The translations under genes were made by a program, and so were the position numbers. Below, piece by piece: positions 30,374 to 39,247 of a stretch of 64,000 bases of DNA (position 1 is the first letter of the stretch; every line of letters starts with the position of its first letter). This DNA is from Acidimicrobiales bacterium. GTDB lineage: Bacteria > Actinomycetota > Acidimicrobiia > Acidimicrobiales > Bin134. The stretch lies in contig OZ242339.1 in assembly GCA_965208505.1 (NCBI GenBank), positions 2,011,162 through 2,075,161 on the forward strand. The letters run 5' to 3'. The notes below the pieces were generated by a model, which made no database searches, had not been told where the DNA came from, and saw only the letters and a program-made list of their open reading frames with translations.

Positions 30374-32689
30374 CTAATCCGGCGAGTCGCGGTTGGCGTC
30401 GCGGATAGTGCGCCAGACCCGTTCCGCGGTGATCGGGAGGTCGCGAACCGGTGTGCCGATCGCGTCGGCAACCGCCGCGCCCACGGCGCCTGCTGTGCAA
30501 AGCAGCGCTCCCTCGCTGATTCCCTTGCACCCGTAGGGACCGGGACCGTCGTGGTTCTCAATTGATGCAGTCTGCATGTGGAGCGCGACGTCGTTGAAAG
30601 TTGGGATCCGGTAGTCGATCGCGCCCAGGTTGAGGATCTGACCGTGATCGTCGTAGAGCATCTGCTCCATAAGACTGTGACCCAGGCCCATGATCGCGGC
30701 GCCTTCATCCTGGGAGACGACCTGGAGCGGATTTATCTCGGTCCCCACATCTCCGACCGTTACATGCTTGGTCAACAGGATCTCGCCCGTGGCGCGATCA
30801 ACTTCGACCTCGATGGCCGTCGCGTTGAATTCGTAAAACGAAGCGTCGCCGCCGAGCGGGTGACCCTTCTGACCCCACAGTCGGCATGTTCCCTGGCCGA
30901 CGAATTCTCCTCGCAGCCCACCCAGAGCCGTTTGGGCCGCCTCGACGAGAGAGATCGCCCCCGACGGCGTCCCAAGTTGGCCGGGAGAGTGGGCAAGCTC
31001 CGACGGTACGGTCCCGGTAGCTTCGGCATACAGCTCGAGTACTCGTATGCGGATGTCTTCACACGCCGCGAGGACTGCGTTGCCCATGAACACAGTCGAA
31101 CGACTCGCCGATGTTTGAAGGTCGAAGGGCACGGAGTTGGTGTCGCCGCTGATGATGGTGATCAGATCCAGATCGACGCCCAACTCGTCAGCCAGAATTT
31201 GCTTCCAGAGCGTCCTGGCCCCCTGCCCCATATCCGACGTGCCCGCATACGCGATCGCACTGCCGTCGTAAAGCAGGCGGACCAGGCTCTGCGACAGACC
31301 CGTTGTGGCTCCCGGCTTGATACCGACGGATATACCTCGTCCGCGGCCAGGCGGCGTCGGCTCGTGCCAGCCCATCAGTTCCGCCGCTCTCCCGAGACTC
31401 TCGTGCCAGCGGCCGTCCGCACGGGCCTCGTGATCGCCGCGGATAAAGGCCTCGTCGTGCTCTACGAGGTTGCGTCGGCGAATTTCAAGCGAGTCGAGCC
31501 CCAACACGCGGGCCCCGGCATCGATCTGGGACTCGGTCGCCCAGCCGACCTGGGGAGCACCGAACCCTCGGAAGGCGCAGCTGGGAACGGTGTTGGTCAG
31601 GACCGCACATGCCCTGATCGAAACGCCGGGGATCCGATAAGGCCCGGCACCCACATAGCTGCCTTTGGTCATGACCCGAGGAGCGACATCGGCGTAGGCC
31701 CCGATCACAAAGTCGGCATGCATCTCGTGAAAGGTCAGCTCGCCAAATTCTGTGAATCCGGTGCGAGCGTGGATGCGACAACCCGATCGCCGCATCATCT
31801 GGAACGACTCTTCGAGCGAGAGAACGAGGCGGCAGGTACGCCCCGTCCGAAGGGCGAGGTACGCCAACAGCGGCTCGTACCGCGGAGTCTGTTTTCCGCC
31901 GAAACCCCCGCCAGGATCTGGGGCGATAACCCGTACTCGCGACAGCGGGATCGACCACACGTCGGCGATTGTCCGCTGGAGGAGGTAGGGGTGCTGGACC
32001 GGTGAGTGGATCTCCACGCCGCCGTCGTCGGTCGGTGCCGCGACGACTCCGCCGGGCTCGATTGGAAAGTGAGTGACCATCGGAAACGTGTACGTGTTCT
32101 CGACGATGGTGGGCGATTTCGCGCTTTCCGAGTCGACGTCGCCCCATGCGTAATCGGCTTGCTCAAGGACATTGGACGAGTTCAGGTCATCGCCGGGTCG
32201 CACCGATGGGTCCTGGACCAACCGGGCGTCGTCGGCAAGGGCGGCATCGAGCCCGTACACGCCGGACAGCTCGGTGTAATGGATTACGACCGCGTCGGCT
32301 GCGGCGCGGGCCTCATCTGCGGTCTCGGCGACGACGGCAACGACAGGCTCTCCGTGGTAGTTGACCGTCTCGGTCGCGATCACCGGCCGGTCCTGGTGCG
32401 AGATCCCGAACCGCGCCACAGGCTGAGGAAGGTCATCGGCGTGGATTACCGCGATGACTCCAGGCATCGCCGCCGCTGACGCAGTTTCGATCTCATCGAT
32501 TGCGGCGCATCCGACGGGGACCGTGGCGAACGCGACGTGCGCGGCATCGACGAACATGAGGTCGCTCAGGTATCGCTGAGCGCCGGTGACCCGGTCGACC
32601 CCGCCGTACCGGAGCACCGGTTGGCCGACCACCCGGTCGGTGTCGTTATGGGAACCCAGGGAGGAGAGACCCAGATTCTCGTCAGGCAT
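30374..32689 (-). CDS. xanthine dehydrogenase/CO dehydrogenase family molybdopterin-binding large subunit
   Basis: Start at MPDENLGLSS, overlapping the small-subunit stop by 8 nt. 771 aa with aldehyde oxidase/XDH a/b-hammerhead and Mo-binding blocks. Confidence 0.85.
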   Translation of the reverse strand: MPDENLGLSSLGSHNDTDRVVGQPVLRYGGVDRVTGAQRYLSDLMFVDAAHVAFATVPVGCAAIDEIETASAAAMPGVIAVIHADDLPQPVARFGISHQDRPVIATETVNYHGEPVVAVVAETADEARAAADAVVIHYTELSGVYGLDAALADDARLVQDPSVRPGDDLNSSNVLEQADYAWGDVDSESAKSPTIVENTYTFPMVTHFPIEPGGVVAAPTDDGGVEIHSPVQHPYLLQRTIADVWSIPLSRVRVIAPDPGGGFGGKQTPRYEPLLAYLALRTGRTCRLVLSLEESFQMMRRSGCRIHARTGFTEFGELTFHEMHADFVIGAYADVAPRVMTKGSYVGAGPYRIPGVSIRACAVLTNTVPSCAFRGFGAPQVGWATESQIDAGARVLGLDSLEIRRRNLVEHDEAFIRGDHEARADGRWHESLGRAAELMGWHEPTPPGRGRGISVGIKPGATTGLSQSLVRLLYDGSAIAYAGTSDMGQGARTLWKQILADELGVDLDLITIISGDTNSVPFDLQTSASRSTVFMGNAVLAACEDIRIRVLELYAEATGTVPSELAHSPGQLGTPSGAISLVEAAQTALGGLRGEFVGQGTCRLWGQKGHPLGGDASFYEFNATAIEVEVDRATGEILLTKHVTVGDVGTEINPLQVVSQDEGAAIMGLGHSLMEQMLYDDHGQILNLGAIDYRIPTFNDVALHMQTASIENHDGPGPYGCKGISEGALLCTAGAVGAAVADAIGTPVRDLPITAERVWRTIRDANRDSPD

Positions 32690-33182
32690 CGCTTCGCCTC
32701 CTGGCAGCCGCCACCTGGATTGCCTCGACGATCCGCTGGTAGCTGGCGCATCGGCATAGGTTTCCCGACATGGTGTCTCGGATCTCGTCCCGGGAGGCAT
32801 TGGGATTCGTGCGTAGGAGCTGCTCGGCCGCCATGACCTGACCAGGGATGCAGACACCACATTGAACCGCCCCTGCGGCCAGAAACGCCGCCTGAAGGTC
32901 GGTGATGCCGTCCATTGAGAGCCCCTCAATCGTGATAAGAGATCCGCCGTCGGCCTCGGCACCGAGCACGAGGCAGGAGTTGACGAGTTCGCCGTCAAGA
33001 AACACCGAGCAGGAACCGCACTCACCTTCGGCGCAACAGCGTTTGGTGCCGAAGAGGCCCAAGTCATCTCGGAGCATGTCAAGCAGCGTCCGATGCGCTG
33101 GTACCGTGGCAAGAACGTGTTCGCCGTTCAGCTCCAGAGCTACGGCGACCTCACTTGTGGGGGGCAGAGAGGAAACCGTCAA
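32682..33182 (-). CDS. (2Fe-2S)-binding small subunit (CoxS-like)
   Basis: 166-aa ORF with CAEGECGSC and CGVCIPG cluster motifs. Confidence 0.9.
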   Translation of the reverse strand: MTVSSLPPTSEVAVALELNGEHVLATVPAHRTLLDMLRDDLGLFGTKRCCAEGECGSCSVFLDGELVNSCLVLGAEADGGSLITIEGLSMDGITDLQAAFLAAGAVQCGVCIPGQVMAAEQLLRTNPNASRDEIRDTMSGNLCRCASYQRIVEAIQVAAARRRSDA

Positions 33183-34027
33183 AACGATCCCCCCTCAGGA
33201 GCGGCCGCGGCGGCCTGGACGGCCCGGATGGCGAGGACGCGAACCATTGCCTCGCGATAGTCGCGGGCGGCCCGGACGTCGGAGATCGGCGTTGCGATGG
33301 ACACCAACGACTCGATTGCCCTCTCAACAGCAGCCGAGTCAGTGAGATCGACGGGTGGGCTCGCATCAGTCACGAGCGGCGTCGGTCCAACACACCCAAG
33401 CCCGAGAACGATGCTCCCGACCGCGTCGAGGCCAGCCGCAACACTGACCGTTGCAAGGTCGACCCCTCGACGCCGGGTGAGGCGTTGAAACGCTGATCGA
33501 TATCCACGATCAGGAATCGGCACATCAATACGGATCACGATCTCGTCTGGGCCGCACCGGGTCTCTCCTGGCCCGACGAAGAATTCAGCCAATGGCATCG
33601 TCCGTTCGCCGCCGAATCCGGTCATAGTCACCGCCGAGCCGTAGATGAGAAGTGCAGGGGCGGTGTCGGCCGCTGGTGAAGCGTTGCAAATGTTGCCAAT
33701 GAGCGTCGCCCGGTTCCGGATTGCGACTGATCCGACGACTCGTGCCGCTGCGCCCAATGCCGGCAGGTTGCCTGCGACGAATGGGTCGTTTGAGATCGCG
33801 GCCATCCGAGCAGTCGGACCAAACCGCACCACATCGTCGTCAACCTCGACCGCCGGCGGGAGGTCAGCGACCGACTTCAGGTCAACAATGACGGTCGGGG
33901 CGAACGGATCCTTGCGAAGGTGGACGAGGAGGTCCGTACCACCGAGGAGGATTCGACCGTGACCCTCAGCACCAGCCATTACGGCGAGCGCCTCGCTCAC
34001 CGTGCGAGGCCGGCAATAGGCTGCCAT
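33179..34027 (-). CDS. FAD-binding medium subunit of molybdopterin dehydrogenase (CoxM-like)
   Basis: 282-aa ORF. ILLGGTDLLVHLR and NRATLIGNICNASPAAD are typical. Confidence 0.85.
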   Translation of the reverse strand: MAAYCRPRTVSEALAVMAGAEGHGRILLGGTDLLVHLRKDPFAPTVIVDLKSVADLPPAVEVDDDVVRFGPTARMAAISNDPFVAGNLPALGAAARVVGSVAIRNRATLIGNICNASPAADTAPALLIYGSAVTMTGFGGERTMPLAEFFVGPGETRCGPDEIVIRIDVPIPDRGYRSAFQRLTRRRGVDLATVSVAAGLDAVGSIVLGLGCVGPTPLVTDASPPVDLTDSAAVERAIESLVSIATPISDVRAARDYREAMVRVLAIRAVQAAAAAPEGGSF

Positions 34028-34066
34028 CGCAGGTACCCCCCTTGGCTCCCTGGTGTGATGGTGGGC

Positions 34067-34079
34067 AATCGATAATCGG
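34067..34079. promoter_or_regulatory. third copy of operator-like motif (AATCGATAATCGG)
   Basis: 40-52 nt upstream of the FAD-subunit start codon. Confidence 0.35.
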
Positions 34080-34132
34080 TCATCCTACACAACATGGTTC
34101 AGTGGTCAAGTGGGCTCTGACGTCTTATTCCC

Positions 34133-34462
34133 TTACCGCTCCCACAGCAGGGTGTCAGCCATGAACTGGCTCCAAGCGAACCAGAACGCCTGGTGACCCG
34201 TGATCTCGTCGCCGTCGGCGTCGATGGCGCGCAACCCGCCCCCGTCTAAGCGGAGCTCCACGCCGCTCAATTCCACCGCCTCGCCAGCTCGCAGCGCGGC
34301 AGCAGCAGCCTCCACTGGGAACACCACGAGGGTGCCGTCGTCCAGCACCACACCGAACACTTGATCTTGAGCGCCGAGGCGTTCGTCCACGTCGCCCACC
34401 GGGAAGATAGGCCCATGATCGTCGCGCCCGCCCAGTGGGTTGAAGGGGTACACCCGGCCCAC
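34133..34462 (-). pseudogene. DUF3179 family protein, C-terminal fragment only
   Basis: 109-aa ORF ending in HQAFWFAWSQFMADTLLW, the typical DUF3179 C-terminus. About 200 or more N-terminal residues are missing. Confidence 0.6.
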
Positions 34463-34540
34463 CCCGCCGCCCTAGGCAACAATCGTGGTACCGAGATGCG
34501 GCCAGCAGAAGCCTGGCCAGCAAACCCTACCGCCCGTGCT

Positions 34541-35965
34541 TCATTCGTAGCGGTGGCGTCCTTCGTGGTCGACGGGGAGAACGCATCGGTTGCTGCTTCG
34601 CGAGCTTTTTCTGGAGCATTGCCATGCGTTTCCGCGGTGGCTTTTCTCTGTCGACCGTGCCCGTTTCCCAGTTCCGCTCATAGCCGCGGGGGCCACGCCA
34701 CCCGCATCAATCCGCTGGTGCGTTTGGGATGCTGCGGAAGCTATGTCGCTTGTCCGCAGCACTTTTTCGGCTATCTCGACGATCTCGGCCGCTCGCCATA
34801 CCTGCGTCTTGCCGCTGTTCCCCATTTTCTTGACGATGTTCGCTTTGGCGAGATCGCTGATCCCGCGTCGTATGGCCGTGATGGAGGTGCGGCCTTCCAG
34901 TGCTGCGAAGAGCGTGTCAGCGGTGAACACCGGCTGAAAGGGAATCTCGGAGGCGATCTTCCACACCGCCGAATCGTGGCGGGTGCCGCCGAGTCGTTGC
35001 AGCCAATCTTCCATCAGCCTCTCTGTGAGGGCGGCCGCTGCGCGGACTTGCTCGGCGGCCTCCTGGGCGCAGTCGGCGAACATCCCGATCCAGGGTTCCA
35101 GCGCCGCTCCGCGTTGAGGGTCGCGCGGGGGGCCTTCCCAATGGCTGTGTTGAAGGGCTGCGTAGTACCTTGGCCGATCCGCGAGGATGTTTCTGCTGAT
35201 CGGCAGGTGTATGGCATCCTGGCCTTGGCCGCCAAACAAGGCGATCGGGATAAGCGCTCGACCTATGCGCCCATTGCCGTCGGGAAATGGGTGAATGGTC
35301 TCAAACTGGGCGTGGGTGACAGCTGCCTTCAGGACGGGCGAGTGGCCGCTGTAGTTGATGTAGTCGAGCAGATCGCCGAGCAGCGGCCTGATTTCCTCAG
35401 CCGGCGGGGGAACGAACTGGGCCCCAATCGGCCCCATTCCCGACACGGCCGGCGCGCCTATCCATATCGGACCCGATCTGAGTCGCCCGCCGTGCTGCGG
35501 GCTGGGAGTCTTCGCCATCAGCGTGTCGTGCAAGTCGCACAAGCGGTCAACAGTCAGGGGTTCGCCGCTTTCAGCGATTCCCAAAGCCTGTTCCAGCATC
35601 TCCCAATTGCCCACTGCCGCCCTGCTTGATGGGTCGCCGCCCTCGCCGCCGCTCATCGACATTCCTTCCAAGCTGGTAAAAATGCCTTCGATGGCACTGG
35701 AGCTGAGGCTCTCGCCTTGCGCCATGATGCTGTCAGCGGCCCACTGATACGACCTGTTGGCGGTTGTCGTTGCAAGAGCGTCGAGTATGTCCGCATCGGC
35801 GGAAGCGATTCGGTCGCGGACGCGGCGACTCAGACTCGGCTCCCATCCGACCAGCGGATGAGGCACATAAGCGCCGTACTCGTGGGCGCCGCCAGGAGGC
35901 CACATCCGCGTCACATATCTACCCATGCTTCTCCTTGCCGAAAACCCACATATCCGCCCAGACAC
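34541..35965 (-). CDS. Fic family protein (AMPylase-type) with intramolecular inhibitory motif
   Basis: Fic motif HPFPDGNGRIGR. An upstream SSAIEG matches the (S/T)xxxE(G/N) inhibitory helix. C-terminal wHTH-like tail. Start uncertain. Confidence 0.85.
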   Translation of the reverse strand: MSGRICGFSARRSMGRYVTRMWPPGGAHEYGAYVPHPLVGWEPSLSRRVRDRIASADADILDALATTTANRSYQWAADSIMAQGESLSSSAIEGIFTSLEGMSMSGGEGGDPSSRAAVGNWEMLEQALGIAESGEPLTVDRLCDLHDTLMAKTPSPQHGGRLRSGPIWIGAPAVSGMGPIGAQFVPPPAEEIRPLLGDLLDYINYSGHSPVLKAAVTHAQFETIHPFPDGNGRIGRALIPIALFGGQGQDAIHLPISRNILADRPRYYAALQHSHWEGPPRDPQRGAALEPWIGMFADCAQEAAEQVRAAAALTERLMEDWLQRLGGTRHDSAVWKIASEIPFQPVFTADTLFAALEGRTSITAIRRGISDLAKANIVKKMGNSGKTQVWRAAEIVEIAEKVLRTSDIASAASQTHQRIDAGGVAPAAMSGTGKRARSTEKSHRGNAWQCSRKSSRSSNRCVLPVDHEGRHRYE

Positions 35966-36178
35966 ACATTATACGCCCACTAAGCGGCAAATAGCCCTCT
36001 ATCTGGCCCCAAAACAAGGCACTTATGTCGCAAAGTGGGCGTGACGGGGCGGAAAGCGATGGTAAGTCGGCTGGACTCTCCCCTCACTCACCTAGCGAGA
36101 TCATCAGATCCAGCAGGCGATCGTCTTCGCCAGGGGCGGTGAGCAGGCCGATGCCAACCGACCGAGATTCGGGGCCCG

Positions 36179-36388
36179 ATGATGGCGGCTGACACCTATG
36201 ACCCGCCGTCAGCTCGCCTGGCCATCATCCTGAAAGACGCCGGCATCATCGCCGACTACGCCCGGAGTCTCGACTCACCAACCCCCTTGCTCGACGCCGC
36301 CATTCCCCTCTACCAAGCCGCCGCCGAAGCAGGGCTCGGCGATCTAGACGCCGCAGCCCTGCGCCAGCTGCTTGCAGAGCTCAACTAG
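36179..36388 (+). pseudogene. 3-hydroxyisobutyrate dehydrogenase-family C-terminal fragment
   Basis: 69-aa ORF. LAIILKDAGIIADYARSLDSPTPLLDAAIPLYQAAAEAGLGDLD is the C-terminal helical domain only; the Rossmann domain is absent. Confidence 0.55.
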
Positions 36389-38484
36389 CGATCAGCCGGT
36401 TGGCCGTCGGCCAGGACCATGAGGTGGTCGACCACTACGGCACCTTTGCCGCGGTCGAGCACAACTACGGGGTTAAGGTCGAGTTCGGTGAGGCGATCCC
36501 CCAAGGCGGTAGCCAAGTTTGCAGTGGACATGATCACCTCTACCAGGGCGTCCACATCGGCGGGCGGGCGGCCTCGGGCACCGTCGAGCAGGGGAAAGCC
36601 CTTTAGAGACTTGATCATTTCGTAGGCGTCGGTTTCGTCGAGAGGCAAAGGGCGCACAGCGGTGTCGGCCAGCACTTCGGCGAACACGCCGCCGGTGCCC
36701 ACCATGACGGCAGGGCCAAGCGTGGGATCTCGGGTCACCCCCACGATCATCTCGGTGCCGCCTGACACCATCTGCTGTAGCTCCACTCCCTCGATGGCCG
36801 CGTCGGGAGCGGTAGACCGAGCCCGGTCCAGTATCGACTGGGCCGCCTGTTCAACCCCGTCGAGGGTGTCCATCCCCAGCACCACGAGCCCGGCGTCGGA
36901 CTTGTGGGGGAAGTCGGCCGAGGCGATCTTCACCGCCACCGGCAGGCCGATTTCCGCTGCGATCCGCCGGGCGTCACCAGCCGAGATGGACACTTCGCTG
37001 GCCACCAGCGGCAGCCCAAAAGCCCTCAACACCGCCCCGGTGTCGGGCACCGAGGCTCTAAGGGCCGTTTCCGCGTCCTCCGGCACTGCATCGGGCAACG
37101 GTGGCCGAACCCGGAATGTCGACCGGTGACGCTGGTAGCGGTGGTAGGCGGCCAGCGCGGCGAAGCACCCCCGAAAGGAGCGGAACAGCGGTAATCCGGC
37201 CTCAACCAGCCGCTCGAAACCCACCTCGTCTACCTTGAACGAGTTCCAGGTGGCGATGATGGGCTTGTCCACCTCATCGGCCAGGGCCACGATGTCGTCG
37301 CCCAACGGGTCGGTCATCGACGGCACCGCCCCGGTGATGCCGATAACCGTGTAGCCCACCGCTGGGTCATCGTTGATGTCCCGTATCACCTGTCGGCGGA
37401 TACCTGCCGGTTGCCTCACGATGAATGTGCCCCCGTTGTCCACGGGATTGGACACCGACAGATAGCGGGGAATGTGCCGGTGAAGCTTCTCCTGAGTCTG
37501 CTCAGCCAGTGGGGGCGCCGCGACCCTGGCCAGTTCGGCGGCCTCGGCCATCAGCGTGCTCGATCCCCCCGAGATGGAGTACAGCCCTGCACCCTCGGCT
37601 ACGTTCGGGCCCAGCTTGGCGAATAGGGCGGCCGTCTCCAGCAGTTCGTCGAGGTCGCGCACCCTCACCACCCCGTATTGCTCGAACAGGCCGTCGATCA
37701 CCGCATCCGACCCCGTGAGATGGCCGGTATGCGACGACGCCATGCGCGACCCGGCGTCGGTGGCCCCGATCTTCAACAGCACCACCGGCTTGTGTTGGGC
37801 GTTGGCCGCCTCCAGCGCGGTGCGCAGCTTGTCGGCCGACCGGAAGCCTTCGATGTAGCCGGCGATCACCGCGGTGTCGTCGTCGTAGGCGAAGTACTCG
37901 ATGAAGTCGCTCACCTCCAGGTCCACCTCGTTGCCGCACGGCACCTGGCGGCTGAACCCGATGCCGAAGTGAACCCCCTGCACGATGGGCCGTCCGTTGT
38001 GGCCCGACTGGGTGACCACGCCGATCTTGCCGCCCCGCAAGTTGGGCACCTCGGGCACGGGCTCGAACGCGTTGGTGTTGGTGTTGGGGCCGAAGATGCG
38101 GATGTTGTGGCGCCGACCCGCTTCCCCCAGCTTGGCCTCCAGCGCGGCGCCTTCGGGGCCGACCTCGCTGAATCCCGAGGAGAACACCAGGGCGTAGTGG
38201 ATCCCCGCCGCGCCGCACTCGTCCACCACCGAGGCGCACACCGCGGGCGGAGTGGAGATCACTGCCAACGCCACCGGCACGGGCACGTCGGCCACTGACT
38301 CGTGAACGGGCACCGATCCGATCGAGCCGCCCTTGGGGTTGACCAAATGCCAGTTTCCTGCCCCCCACCGGGCGTCCATCGCCCCCCGCAGCGCAGCCTC
38401 CGTCTGGCTGCGGTCGACTCCCCCGATCACCGCCACCCCGTCAGGGTGGAAGAACTCCTCTAAGTCGGCTCGACGCTGGGCCAT
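36385..38484 (-). CDS. ADP-forming acetate/acyl-CoA ligase family protein
   Basis: Start at MAQRRADLEEFFHPDGVAVIGG. 699 aa, paralogous in architecture to 10123-12117. Confidence 0.8.
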   Translation of the reverse strand: MAQRRADLEEFFHPDGVAVIGGVDRSQTEAALRGAMDARWGAGNWHLVNPKGGSIGSVPVHESVADVPVPVALAVISTPPAVCASVVDECGAAGIHYALVFSSGFSEVGPEGAALEAKLGEAGRRHNIRIFGPNTNTNAFEPVPEVPNLRGGKIGVVTQSGHNGRPIVQGVHFGIGFSRQVPCGNEVDLEVSDFIEYFAYDDDTAVIAGYIEGFRSADKLRTALEAANAQHKPVVLLKIGATDAGSRMASSHTGHLTGSDAVIDGLFEQYGVVRVRDLDELLETAALFAKLGPNVAEGAGLYSISGGSSTLMAEAAELARVAAPPLAEQTQEKLHRHIPRYLSVSNPVDNGGTFIVRQPAGIRRQVIRDINDDPAVGYTVIGITGAVPSMTDPLGDDIVALADEVDKPIIATWNSFKVDEVGFERLVEAGLPLFRSFRGCFAALAAYHRYQRHRSTFRVRPPLPDAVPEDAETALRASVPDTGAVLRAFGLPLVASEVSISAGDARRIAAEIGLPVAVKIASADFPHKSDAGLVVLGMDTLDGVEQAAQSILDRARSTAPDAAIEGVELQQMVSGGTEMIVGVTRDPTLGPAVMVGTGGVFAEVLADTAVRPLPLDETDAYEMIKSLKGFPLLDGARGRPPADVDALVEVIMSTANLATALGDRLTELDLNPVVVLDRGKGAVVVDHLMVLADGQPADR

Positions 38485-38519
38485 GGGAAACCGATGGTAG
38501 TTAGCGGGCACTTCGCACC

Positions 38520-38685
38520 TAGTGGTGTGTCGCAGGTTTAGCGCCGTGGATTGCGACGGCAGCGGCGTTCCTCGCAAGGCGCACCGACGCTGCCATACTC
38601 GCAGCGTACGGCAAGGAGGAGCAACGCAGCGAGGGGCGTCGATGCCTAGCAGGACACGCGCGAATAAACCTGCGACACACCACTA
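38520..38685. mobile_element. 166-bp element bounded by perfect 21-bp inverted repeats (MITE-like or structured RNA)
   Basis: TAGTGGTGTGTCGCAGGTTTA at 38520-38540 is the exact reverse complement of 38665-38685. The interior has at least two further hairpins. Located in a divergent intergenic region. Confidence 0.4.
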
Positions 38686-38719
38686 AAGGCAGAACCGACC
38701 CGGCACTAGGCTGGCCAAC

Positions 38720-39238
38720 ATGGAGATCGGCCACGTCTACGAGATGCCGCCTATGCGGCCCGACGACGCTTACACCACCTACTTCCCCGCCGGAGTGATC
38801 AAGATCGGAGTGGAGTACCGCGACCTCACCCCTGAGGCGCTGGTGGAGTACTACGGGGGCGACGAGGCCTACGTAGAGGAGCTGCGCCGTACCGCACCGC
38901 TGGGCATCGAGGACCGTGGCGTGTCGCTGCACGTTTTCGACGCCGACGGCCAGTGGGAGTACCTGCGCTTCGACCTGTTCGAGGATGCCCCCCACTACCA
39001 CTACAACCACCTTGGCGGCGGGCGGAACCACATCATTCCCTTCGACGAGACCGCCCACGGCCCTATCGCCGATTGGGCGGTGGGCAAGATCCGCTCCGCC
39101 GAGATCGCACCCATGCTGGCCGAGGCCGGCGGGGCTGAACTGGCAGAGGCTCTTGACCCCGATGTCCTGGCCGATGTGGCCGACCAGGTGGCCGCCTATG
39201 CCGCCGAACTCCAGAAACGGCTGGCGGCTGCTGTCTAA
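38720..39238 (+). CDS. hypothetical protein
   Basis: 172-aa ORF with native-like codon usage. No family recognised. Confidence 0.5.
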   Translation: MEIGHVYEMPPMRPDDAYTTYFPAGVIKIGVEYRDLTPEALVEYYGGDEAYVEELRRTAPLGIEDRGVSLHVFDADGQWEYLRFDLFEDAPHYHYNHLGGGRNHIIPFDETAHGPIADWAVGKIRSAEIAPMLAEAGGAELAEALDPDVLADVADQVAAYAAELQKRLAAAV

Positions 39239-39247
39239 GGGCTGGAT

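Noticed and set aside
30578-32005. 475-aa + strand ORF, and similar antisense ORFs at 34361-35629, 19861-20835, 6348-7430 and 12537-13301.
   Set aside because: All are antisense to genes with strong family signatures, and none contains a recognisable motif.
32690-33112. Long upstream extensions of several minus-strand ORFs. Examples are this one on the Mo-hydroxylase large subunit, plus 23035-23175, 25555-25833, 26586-26906, 29041-29298 and 38485-38577.
   Set aside because: Each extension overlaps the preceding gene or is Arg/Pro/Ser-rich. In each case an internal start gives a canonical N-terminus (signal peptide, TM helix, RHG motif and so on) and a tight operon junction.
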